Counted from the stretch's first letter, positions 10,329-18,434 are shown. The stretch: DNA of 37,406 nt from an uncultured delta proteobacterium (GCA_903860995.1 CAIOSS010000042.1:1-37406); one strand, 5' to 3'. Program-made: numbers and translations. The notes: generated from the letters alone by a model not told the origin.

Positions 10329-10969
10329 TTCGCGCTCTGGCCGTACGAGTTGCGTGGCTGTCCGATGAGGCACCGACGGCGTGGCCCTTCATCCCGCTCA
10401 AGCCCATTACATCCCCGCACTGCGCCATTGACGCAACGGCCGGGCACCATAGCGCACGGTCTGGAGGACCACATGCGGCTGAGAGTCTGCGAAGAGGCGC
10501 GTCGCCTTCGTTGCACCTGTACTGTTCGGGGCAGGCTATCGACCGCCCGTGCCGATTCAGGAGCCCGGCTCGCAAATTATCTTGGTACCGCTGCCGATCC
10601 GGACCCCGGCGCGCGATCGATCGATCCGACGCGATGAGGCGCGAGCAGCCTCGGCCTTGAAGTTGCGCCGTCATGACGAGGACACAGAGCCGTCCTCGCC
10701 CGGCTCGGCTTCTGGCTTGCGAGCGACCCCCGATCGGTTGCGAAACGACGCGCCCGTTGTCCGCGGCTGGCACCGCGCGGGGCTCGTCGATGGGGCGACG
10801 TACCCGGTCGCGGGCGCCTCGGACCCCACGGTAGGAATTTATTTTCCGAACGACAAATTTCGCGAACAGCAGCGAAAATCGTGGCCACGCCCGGCCGAAC
10901 GTCGTGGGAGAGGGCGACGGCAGGCCTCTTGCCGTTCCCGGTTCGACCGATGTGTGGTCTGATCCCAAC

Positions 10970-11332
10970 ATGAAGATCCTAATCGTCGATGACAGCAAGG
11001 CCATGAGGATGATCATCACCCGCTCCCTGCGTCAAGCCGAGCTGGGTGAACTGACGCTTTTCGAAGCGTCCAACGGCGCCGAGGCGCTGGCGTGCGTCGC
11101 GAGCGACCAGCCAGACCTTGTTCTCACCGACTGGAACATGCCGACGATGAACGGCCTCGAGCTGCTGCAGGCTCTCCAGGCTCAAGGAGCACCTCCCAAG
11201 GTGGGCGTCGTGACCTCGGAAGGCACCGTCGCGATCCGTCATGCGGCGAGCTCTGCCGGTGCTGCCTTCATCATCACCAAGCCATTCACGCCGGAAATCT
11301 TTCGAGCCGCGCTTTCGCCGGTGCTGCGATAG
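10970..11332 (+). CDS. Single-domain CheY-like response regulator (second copy)
   Basis: ATG at 10970 (MKILIVDDSKAMRMII...LVLTDWNMPTMNG...VTSE...TKPF), 120 aa. The track start at 10904 adds a non-receiver leader. Confidence 0.85.
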   Translation: MKILIVDDSKAMRMIITRSLRQAELGELTLFEASNGAEALACVASDQPDLVLTDWNMPTMNGLELLQALQAQGAPPKVGVVTSEGTVAIRHAASSAGAAFIITKPFTPEIFRAALSPVLR

Positions 11333-11397
11333 GTTAACGTGCAGCGAGCAGACCTTTCATGACGGCCTCAACTCTGGACAATGGGTGATCACTGACG

Positions 11398-11892
11398 ATG
11401 TCCGTGCAGAAGAACGCGCTCCCGTTGCCAACTGGCAGGCAGGTGGGTCTCTTACTCAACCAGTTGCTCGGGCGCTCGGTCCGGGTCGAGCAGAATGCCA
11501 CCGCGATGGCGGTCAGGCAGCCATGCGTCATCGGCATTTACGTGGCGGATGACGACGCAGTAGTAGCGCTGTGCGTGTTCGACCTGAAGCTCGGCTGCCA
11601 CCTCGGCGCGTGCTTGTCGATGATTCCGCCGGTGATCGCGGAGGAGTCGGTTCGCCGCGGCGTGCTGGGCGAAAACATCGCGGAAAACCTCTACGAGGTG
11701 GCCAACATCATGTCCAGCATGTTCAACCACGACGGACAGGCCCATGTGCGGCTTCGCGAAATCGTACAGGCTGTGAAGGCGGTCCCGCCTTTCGTAGGGG
11801 AGATGTTGGTCCGCAAGCCGATGCGCCTGGACCTCAACATCAACATCAGTGGCTACGGTGCTGGTCCGATGGTTTTACTCATCGAACCGTAG
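11398..11892 (+). CDS. Divergent CheX/CheC-superfamily-like protein (putative CheY-P phosphatase)
   Basis: 164 aa, high third-position GC, 66 nt downstream of the second cheY. Contains ENLYEVANIMSSMF, which aligns by eye with the cheX motif DAMGEVANIIGGN (E-x2-N conserved, first acidic residue is E instead of D/S). Confidence 0.55.
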   Translation: MSVQKNALPLPTGRQVGLLLNQLLGRSVRVEQNATAMAVRQPCVIGIYVADDDAVVALCVFDLKLGCHLGACLSMIPPVIAEESVRRGVLGENIAENLYEVANIMSSMFNHDGQAHVRLREIVQAVKAVPPFVGEMLVRKPMRLDLNINISGYGAGPMVLLIEP

Positions 11893-12028
11893 CTTCCAGG
11901 CGCGCGTGCATGCACTTCGCAGGCTTCCCCTCCGATGCTGATGCCGGGGAAGGGTCGTGCTCGTGGTGATTGTCGCGCCTCTTGAAACGGTCCGGCTCAA
12001 CGACTGACACCGCGACCTTTGGGGCTCA

Positions 12029-12533
12029 TCACGCAGCTCGCGTGGCCGGCTCGATCACGACTAGGACATGCGCGCCGGTATCCTCGTGCCATCGCGCGCC
12101 AGGGCGATTCATCCTCACTTCGACGAGGCACTTGCAAGTCGCCTCGACGTTGCCGCTTCCGATGGGCAGCCCCGCGGCGCGGGCGTGCGCGGAGAGCATC
12201 CGCGAGGCGTGATGAGCCAGGGACGTCCGTGCCTCATGCATCGGGCAGGACGTGTCCTTTGGGGGCGTCGGGATGTCCCACGTCGCGATCTCCGACGCGA
12301 CCCGCTCGGCACCGTCGGGACGTTCGAGCAGCAGCGCCTTCCAGCGAGCGAGCAACTTCGATCCCTCGGCTGCGCTCTGCGGGTTCGAGCGCCGGCAGTA
12401 CTGGGACGTAGGCCGACCGTTCGAGCGCGGCCGTGTGCTCGCCGAGCGCGCGCTCGAAGGTCGCGAGACCACCCGGCGACGCCGCCGACGATGCGGCGAT
12501 CTGCTCGGACAGCAGACGAATCAGCGACTCCAA
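12029..12533 (-). pseudogene. ISKra4-family transposase fragment (C-terminal part, frameshifted/truncated)
   Basis: The minus frame reads ...HHASRMLSAHARAAGLPIGSGNVEATCKCLVEVRMNRPGARWHEDTGAHVL. This matches my recollection of the ISKra4-type C-terminal signature (LPIGSG-VE--CK ... G-RW). The upstream part continues in another frame (ORF 12234..12533). No intact N-terminus. Confidence 0.55.
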
Positions 12534-12843
12534 ACGGGCATCTTGCGAGCGGGCAGGTCTCCCTCCTCCTCCGGTCGATGACTGGTGTGATGGGGTTGGT
12601 CGCGCTCGTGGTCGCTGTGGTCTTGATCACGCGCCGCGCGATCTTCGCTGTCTCGCGCCGAGGATAGCTGACCCTGCCGTTGCACGGGGTTGTCAAGCCA
12701 TCGGGGAGCCCCGAGACCCCCAGGGCTCGCCTCCAGGCAGAGCGCCATCACGCAGCATCAACTCCGCGTTGATTCACGCGGGCCGCGCCCGGTAGGGCTT
12801 GCATACTGGTGGGCACTTCACGTCATATGTCTGGTAACACTGT

Positions 12844-13740
12844 ATGTCATACTTTCGTGACCGCGACCGACGCCCTGAAGAACCGTCTCCGCGCAAGAAG
12901 CTAGAGGCCCTGGCCCGCGCCTACCGGGTCCAGGGGGCGGGCACCCTCGATGCGCTGATCGATGGGCTCAACCCTACCGAGTGCCGCAACCGAGGGCGCT
13001 GCGTCCCGACCGACAAGATCGTCGAAGACGCCGTGGGCGTGTACCTCAAGGCCTTCGATGCGCTGCGGCGCGGCAGCGAGGCGCAGCGGACCTCGGTCCG
13101 TGGCTGCACCCTCGAGCTGCTCGTGCTCATGACCGAGCAGGTCGTGCGCCTCGCTCAGCGCAGCGAGCAGCGCGCGACGGAGCAGGCCGCGCTCGCCGAC
13201 ACCATCGAGAAAGCGATGGCGCAGCTCCGCTCGCAGTACGCGCGCGCGCTGACGACGCGCGAGCAGGCGCGGCGGCTCCTCGGGGGCATGGCGCGCGACG
13301 ACGGGGCGTTCCAGGAGGAGGTGCGAGGCGCGGCGACGGCGGCCGCGGGCGGCGGGTCAGCGAGCGCGGCGATGCTGGCACTGGCGGCCCTCGGGCGCCG
13401 GGTGCTGACCGACCCTGACCCGAAGATCATCGTGCGCGCGCGCCTGCTGGGGCTCGACGAGGCATACGTGACGTCGCTGGAGACGCTCGGCGGCGACCTG
13501 CGTACGCGCGAGGCCGAGCTCCAGCGACTGACGGGTCACGACGACACGGTCGACGACGCGCTCGCCGTCGAAGCCGGGATCACGCTGCACCTGATGATGA
13601 TGGTGATCGAGGCGTTCGAGTCGGCGCACGAGATCGAGCCCAGCGTGGCGGTGCTGCGCCCGGTGCACACCCAGCGCCTCGTGCGCCGGCTCTCGAAGCT
13701 GCCGCCGCCGGTGGCGCTCGTCGTCACGCGCGGCCGCTGA
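12844..13740 (+). CDS. Hypothetical alpha-helical protein (298 aa), orphan between IS fragments
   Basis: ATG at 12844 after an AT-richer patch (TTGCAT 12799-12804 ... TCATAT 12823-12828). High third-position GC over most of the ORF. No motif I recognise. Confidence 0.6.
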   Translation: MSYFRDRDRRPEEPSPRKKLEALARAYRVQGAGTLDALIDGLNPTECRNRGRCVPTDKIVEDAVGVYLKAFDALRRGSEAQRTSVRGCTLELLVLMTEQVVRLAQRSEQRATEQAALADTIEKAMAQLRSQYARALTTREQARRLLGGMARDDGAFQEEVRGAATAAAGGGSASAAMLALAALGRRVLTDPDPKIIVRARLLGLDEAYVTSLETLGGDLRTREAELQRLTGHDDTVDDALAVEAGITLHLMMMVIEAFESAHEIEPSVAVLRPVHTQRLVRRLSKLPPPVALVVTRGR

Positions 13741-13755
13741 CCTCCAAAGGGGTCG

Positions 13756-13820
13756 AGGGGATCGGCGAACCAACGCGGCACCCTCGTTCGAACGGATCCG
13801 CTGCGGTTACCGGAACACCC
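13756..13820. repeat. Copy A of a ~64-nt dispersed repeat (copy B at 34408-34471)
   Basis: aggggatcggcgaaccaacgcggcaccctcgttcgaacggatccgctgcggttaccggaacaccc versus copy B aggggagaggcgaaccaacgcggcaccctcgctgccacggatccgctgcagtgaccgaaacacc. About 85% identity, including 23-nt and 12-nt perfect blocks. Confidence 0.75.
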
Positions 13821-14121
13821 TCCCAAGATCTCTTGGGGTGGCCGCTGGAGAGCTCGCTGGCAGGTCGAACGAGGGACGTGCGTGGTGGCGGAGGGTTGGG
13901 CAGGGTTGTGGCGCACGGCTCGTCGGCGTGGTGGGGGTTGGTGTTCGCAACCCGTCTCCTGCCCCGACGCGTGCCGTGTCTGCAACCCCCGCCAGAAGCT
14001 CCCGTGACCTCACGCCGTGTCGAAGTGATGCGCGAGGCCGAGCTTCGGGCTCGGGCCCAGTCCGCCCGGCAGCGGCGCCAGGACGGCGGCCTTGCAGTCA
14101 CGGCAGCGACCCCGGTGCTGA

Positions 14122-14164
14122 GCGACAACTACATCGCCCCAACGGCGACAACTACATCGCCCCA
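14122..14164 (+). repeat. Perfect 20-nt direct repeat x2 (period 23 nt), putative IS21-family subterminal transposase-binding repeats
   Basis: gcgacaactacatcgcccca occurs at 14122-14141 and 14145-14164, about 60 nt upstream of the istA-like start. IS21-family ends are known to carry multiple short subterminal repeats. Confidence 0.6.
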
Positions 14165-14225
14165 TTGGGGTGACTGCGGTTCGACGGGGTAGCGCGGCGG
14201 CCTCGCATGGGGCGACTGCCGGCGC

Positions 14226-14600
14226 GTGAAGCCCGCGCCCGACAACCAGGTGAGGAAGCTGATGGAAGAGTTGAGCAAGCACGGCGCGGTCGGCCTCGCG
14301 GCGATCAAGGCCGGCATGGATCGCAAGACCGCGCGCAATTACATCGTGGCCGCTACGCTGCCCTCGCAGATGCGCGCACTGCGCGACTGGCGCACCCGCG
14401 AGGACCCCTTCACCGAGCACCGCGAGGAGGTCGAGGCCCTGCGCCGAGACACCCAGGCGCTGGGATGCCAGGACGGTCGTCGATCTAACCCGCCGACGAA
14501 GCACCTGGACCGCTTCTAGCCCGGGCAGTTGCGCATGTTTCAGCGGATGATCCACGCAGTGCGCCGACATGCACGTGGGGCGTGCGCACGCTCCCGCCGG
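14226..14600 (+). pseudogene. IS21-family istA-like transposase, N-terminal fragment with in-frame stop
   Basis: GTG at 14226: KPAPDNQVRKLMEELSKHG...AIKAGMDRKTARNYI...LRDWRTREDPFTEHREEVEAL, an HTH plus the WRTR-DPF motif. In-frame TAG at 14517-14519, after which the same frame continues PGQLRMFQRMIHAVRR (compare GQLRTLQRRV). Similarity is lost by ~14600 and the catalytic domain is absent. Confidence 0.55.
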
Positions 14601-14746
14601 GCGAGCCCGACGCCGCACCACCGAGCGGCGCCACGGCGTTCACACGCGACCCGGCGACGTGTCCGGCGCCCGGTGGCCCAAGGGCCAGCGCACGCGATGC
14701 AGATTCAAGCTCGCAATTTTGCTGTGCTTTTTCTAGTATCCATCGA

Positions 14747-15871
14747 GTGAAGCCCACCAGGATCACGGTTCCCCGACGCGTCGTGGTCGCGGGTGGTGGC
14801 GTCGCCGGACTGGGCTGCGCCCTGGCCCTGCGGCGGGCCGGCGCCGATGTGACGGTGTACGAGCGCGCTCCATCCGAGACGGGCACGCAGCGCGGCGGCA
14901 GCGGGTTCATCCTGTCGAGCGAGGCGATGCGCTCGCTCGCCTCCCTCGGCGTGACCGTCGAGGGGGCCCCGCTCCGACGCTTCGAACTCCGCGCGGCCGA
15001 CGATGCCGTCCTCGCTGCGCACGACCTCAGCGACACGCGAGCCATCTCCCGCTCCGCCCTGCTCGGCGCCCTCGCCGGGGCCCTGGGCGAGGGCGCCATC
15101 CAGTGCGGGCGGGGCGCGAGCGCGCTGTGCGGGTCGCCCGCCCATCCGCGAGTGGTGCTCGACGACGGCACGGAGGTCGAGGCCGACCTCGTCGTGGCCG
15201 CCGATGGGGTCAACTCGTTCGTGCGTCGCACGCTCTTCCCCGACCGCCAGCTCGTGGTCGGACGGGTCCGCGAGCTCGTCGGCCACCTCGAGGTCCCCGG
15301 TCTCGCGGAGTCCCTCGGGGACCGGTTCGTCAAATACCGTGATCCGGAGCGACGACGCGCCGTCGGGATCGTCCCGTGCGGCGGCGCGCGCGTCGTGTGG
15401 TACCTGCAGCTCCCGGCAGAGCTGCTGCCGGACGACAGCGTCGACCGCGCCGCGTTGGAGCAACTCGTGCGGGCGCACCTCGAGCCGTGGCCGGCGGCCA
15501 TCCGCATGCTCTCCGCGCACCTCCACACCGGACCCATCCACGTGTGGAACACCGCGGACCTCGACCCGCTGCCGCACCTCCACGTGGGCCGGGTGGTGCT
15601 GACCGGCGACGCGGCGCACCCCATGCTGCCGTTCACGAGCCAGGGGACCGCGAGCGCGCTCGAGGACGCCGTGGTGCTCACCCGCACCCTGCTCGACACC
15701 GGCTGGCTGACCGCGCCCGAACCCGATGACGACCGACGCGAGGACGCCCTGCAGCGGTACGGGCAGGAGCGCCTCCCGGTGCTCCGGCGCTTCGTCGAGG
15801 CGGGGCGCCGGATGCGCGACGAATTCCTGGGAAGTTCCGACGGCCCGGGGTTCGCGGTACCCATCGCGTGA
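14747..15871 (+). CDS. FAD-dependent (class A flavoprotein) monooxygenase
   Basis: GTG at 14747 (VKPTRITVPRRVVVAGGGVAGLGCALALRRAGADVTVYER = GxGxxG). DG motif DLVVAADGVNSFVR and GD motif VLTGDAAHPMLPFTSQGTASALEDA. The track start at 14582 adds an Ala/Pro/Arg-rich leader. Confidence 0.85.
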   Translation: MKPTRITVPRRVVVAGGGVAGLGCALALRRAGADVTVYERAPSETGTQRGGSGFILSSEAMRSLASLGVTVEGAPLRRFELRAADDAVLAAHDLSDTRAISRSALLGALAGALGEGAIQCGRGASALCGSPAHPRVVLDDGTEVEADLVVAADGVNSFVRRTLFPDRQLVVGRVRELVGHLEVPGLAESLGDRFVKYRDPERRRAVGIVPCGGARVVWYLQLPAELLPDDSVDRAALEQLVRAHLEPWPAAIRMLSAHLHTGPIHVWNTADLDPLPHLHVGRVVLTGDAAHPMLPFTSQGTASALEDAVVLTRTLLDTGWLTAPEPDDDRREDALQRYGQERLPVLRRFVEAGRRMRDEFLGSSDGPGFAVPIA

Positions 15872-17055
15872 TGAGCGGCCCCGGATTCCTGGACGAAGAT
15901 GTTCCGATGGCGCTGCTGCGGCAGCGCGCGTTCAACCTGCGCTGGGCGACCTTGCCCCCGGGGGTCATCGCCCTCACCGCCGCGGACCCGGACTTCGCCG
16001 CGGCGCCCCCCATCCGTGATGCGCTCGCCGAGTACGCCCGCAGCGGCGTGTACCCGTACGGACCCCCGGAGGGGCTCCCCTCGTTTCGCGAGGCCTGCGC
16101 GCGCTTCCAGCGCGAGAGACGCGGGGTGCCCGCGGAGGCCGCGCAGATCCTGGCCGTCGACAGCGCCGCCGCGGGCATGCTGCACGTCGCCCGAACGCTG
16201 CTCCAGCCCGGCGACGAGGCCATCATTTTCGACCCGGTGGACTTCCTCTTCGCCGCCTCCGTCGAGGCCGCGGGCGCCACGGTGGTTCGCCTGCCCGTCG
16301 ACCCGCGCACGGGCACCTTCGACCCCGACCGGCTCGCCGCGCTCGTCACCCCGCGCACCCGCCTGCTGTGCCTCTGCAACCCGCACAACCCGCTCGGACG
16401 CGTGTGGCGCCGCGAGGAACTCGAGGCCTTCGCCGACGTCGCCGTGCGCCACGGCCTCCCGGTGCTCAACGACGAGATCTGGTCCGACATCGTCTACGAG
16501 CCCGCACGCTTCGTCTCCCTCGCCTCCCTCGGCCCCGCGGTGGCGCGGCTCACCTGGACGGTGAGCGGCTTCTCGAAGAGCCACGGTCTCGCCGGGCTGC
16601 GCGTCGGCTTCGTGCATGCGCCCGACGCAGCGGGGCTCGAGCGCCTCGCCGAGCGCTCGCTCTGTCGCACCACCATGACCGGCGCCAGCACCCTCTCGCA
16701 GGTGGCCGCCATGGCCGCGATGGAACACTGCGCCGATCACCTCGCGGCCTTCGTCGCGCACCTCCGCCGCATGCGCGACCTCGCGGTCGAACAGTTGTCC
16801 CAGGTGCCCGGCGTGTCCTTGCGCGCGCCGGAAGGAACCTTCGTGTTGTTTCCCGACGTCTCCGCGCTGGGCGTGCCCGCCGAGGTGCTCGTCGAGCGAC
16901 TGCTCACGCAGTACCGCGTCGCCGTGGTGCCCGGGGCGCCGCGGTGGTTCGGGCCAGGGGCCGCCGGGCACCTGCGCCTGGTGTTCTCGACCTCCGAGGG
17001 GATTCTCCGCGAGGGCCTCGCCCGCCTGGCCGCCGGGCTCACCGCCCCGCGGTGA
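15868..17055 (+). CDS. PLP-dependent aminotransferase, class I/II fold (MalY/PatB-like or similar)
   Basis: The ATG overlaps the upstream stop (ATGA at 15868-15871). NPHNPLGRVW, LNDEIWSDIVY, and SGFSKSHGLAGLRVGF with the Schiff-base Lys. Confidence 0.85.
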   Translation: MMSGPGFLDEDVPMALLRQRAFNLRWATLPPGVIALTAADPDFAAAPPIRDALAEYARSGVYPYGPPEGLPSFREACARFQRERRGVPAEAAQILAVDSAAAGMLHVARTLLQPGDEAIIFDPVDFLFAASVEAAGATVVRLPVDPRTGTFDPDRLAALVTPRTRLLCLCNPHNPLGRVWRREELEAFADVAVRHGLPVLNDEIWSDIVYEPARFVSLASLGPAVARLTWTVSGFSKSHGLAGLRVGFVHAPDAAGLERLAERSLCRTTMTGASTLSQVAAMAAMEHCADHLAAFVAHLRRMRDLAVEQLSQVPGVSLRAPEGTFVLFPDVSALGVPAEVLVERLLTQYRVAVVPGAPRWFGPGAAGHLRLVFSTSEGILREGLARLAAGLTAPR

Positions 17056-17192
17056 CCATCCTGTCCCTCTTCAGTGCGGCGAGGATCCAGCGCGGGGGCA
17101 GCGGGCCGAGGTGCCCGCGGCAGGGGCGGATCCACGGCCAGAGCGTGAGCCCCGTCGCGGCGAGCGCGACCAACGAGGGTTGAGGGAATCCC

Positions 17193-18434
17193 TCAGGCTC
17201 CCAGAGCGACGTAGCGATTTCGTCCTCGGCGCTTGGCTTCATAGAGCGCCTCGTCGGCCCGATTCAACGTCGCGACGAGGTTCGCGTCGGTCGCCTCCAG
17301 CTCGGCGACGCCGATGCTGACGGTGACCTCCTCGCCCTCGATGCTCGCGCAGCGCAAGCCTCGGACGGACGCGAGCAGGCGCTCGGCGACGCGCGCCGAG
17401 GAGACCCGGTCGCAGTGCGGCACCAGCAACGCGAACTCCTCGCCTCCCCACCGAACCAGCACGTCTTCTGCGCGCAGCGCTTGCTCGCAGCAGCGGGCGA
17501 CCTCGATGAGCACCTGATCGCCGACGGCGTGCCCCCATCGGTCGTTGATCCGCTTGAAATGGTCGAGGTCGAGCACGAACACCGACACCGGCCAGGAATG
17601 TCGGCGCGAACGCTGGAGCTCGACCTCCGCGGCGGACTCGAAGAGTCGCCGGTTGCCAAGTCCGGTGAGGGCATCGGTCAGCGCATCGCGGCGCAGCGCG
17701 TCGTTGTCCTGCCGGAGCCGCGCCACGCCGCGCCCCTCGACTTCGAGGATGAGCCCCATCGCGACCGACAACGACACCAGCATCGCGCCCGCGAGGGCGA
17801 CGCAGGCCACCGGCGACCGTGTCAGATCGGAACCCGGAGCGTCAAAGAACACCGTCGAGGCACGGAGGCCGTGCATGACCGTGGCCGCGGTCGCCCCGAA
17901 GACGACGAAGCGGGCGCCTGCGGATCGGGGCGCCCGTTCTTTCCGCCGCAGCCGCCGGTTGAGGGACGCGCTGGCGAGCCCCATGGGCACCGCGGACGCA
18001 AGCACGCGCAAGTGCGCCAGCGCGGCGTGATTCGGCGACGCGTCGACGAGCAGTGCGACCACGAGCGCTCCGAGCGCCACGGCGGTGAGCGCGTCGATCC
18101 AGCGGGGCGTCGGGGCGAGTTCGTACAACTCCTCGATGGCGCGGTAGAACATCCGCTGGCCGACGACCGCGAGCCCCACGAACAGCAACACCGCGAGCCC
18201 GAGCGGGAGCCGGCTCCGCGCCGCGAGGAGCAGGAGCGCCGCGACCCACGCGAGCGAGCCGAAGAGAGTGCCTCGGGCGAGTTTGGGAAACCCGCGCTCG
18301 CGCCACACCGACGCGGACACCCCGCCGATCAGAAGAATCTGTGCCCCGCTCAAGAGCACGATGATTTGCAGCGGCGACAGGGAACACCTCACGGTTTGTC
18401 TGCCGCCCGAGGCTCGACGGCAGCGGCAGAACAA
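17193..18434 (-). CDS. Membrane-bound diguanylate cyclase (polytopic N-terminus + GGDEF)
   Basis: The C-terminal GGDEF domain has an active-site RWGGEEFALLV and an RxxD I-site (RAED) five residues upstream. The N-terminal ~230 aa are hydrophobic helices. The start is uncertain (TTG 18434 or GTG 18392). Confidence 0.85.
   Translation of the reverse strand: MFCRCRRASGGRQTVRCSLSPLQIIVLLSGAQILLIGGVSASVWRERGFPKLARGTLFGSLAWVAALLLLAARSRLPLGLAVLLFVGLAVVGQRMFYRAIEELYELAPTPRWIDALTAVALGALVVALLVDASPNHAALAHLRVLASAVPMGLASASLNRRLRRKERAPRSAGARFVVFGATAATVMHGLRASTVFFDAPGSDLTRSPVACVALAGAMLVSLSVAMGLILEVEGRGVARLRQDNDALRRDALTDALTGLGNRRLFESAAEVELQRSRRHSWPVSVFVLDLDHFKRINDRWGHAVGDQVLIEVARCCEQALRAEDVLVRWGGEEFALLVPHCDRVSSARVAERLLASVRGLRCASIEGEEVTVSIGVAELEATDANLVATLNRADEALYEAKRRGRNRYVALGA

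Noticed and set aside
11-10637. Other long antisense ORFs in the che region (11..1303 -, 1346..2332 -, 6013..7638 +, 8382..10637 +, 4804..5544 +)
   Set aside because: Each lies opposite a gene with unambiguous kinase, MCP, CheA or CheB motifs, and none has a motif of its own. They are GC-driven open frames.
10768-10783. TGGCAC hexamer (and TGGTAC at ~10583) suggesting sigma54 promoters in the che intergenic region
   Set aside because: The -12 element is missing or mis-spaced: TGGCAC-cgcgc-GGGG instead of TTGC, and the TGGTAC site has its TGC three nt too close.
12578-12667. 29-codon hydrophobic ORF (MTGVMGLVALVVAVVLITRRAIFAVSRRG) resembling a type I toxin or small membrane peptide
   Set aside because: There is no ribosome-binding site (the upstream sequence is C-rich). 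It lies within degenerate IS-derived sequence, is too short for composition tests, and has no supporting context.
13756-13820. tRNA-like fragment or att site within the 64-nt repeat (gttcgaa / ggttcgcc resemble a T-loop)
   Set aside because: No T-stem or acceptor-stem pairing can be drawn around the motif on either strand, and copy B lacks the gttcgaa core.
14485-16971. 828-aa minus-strand ORF over the monooxygenase and aminotransferase genes
   Set aside because: It is antisense to two genes with clear cofactor-binding motifs. Its product is low-complexity (Arg/Gly/Ala/Ser).
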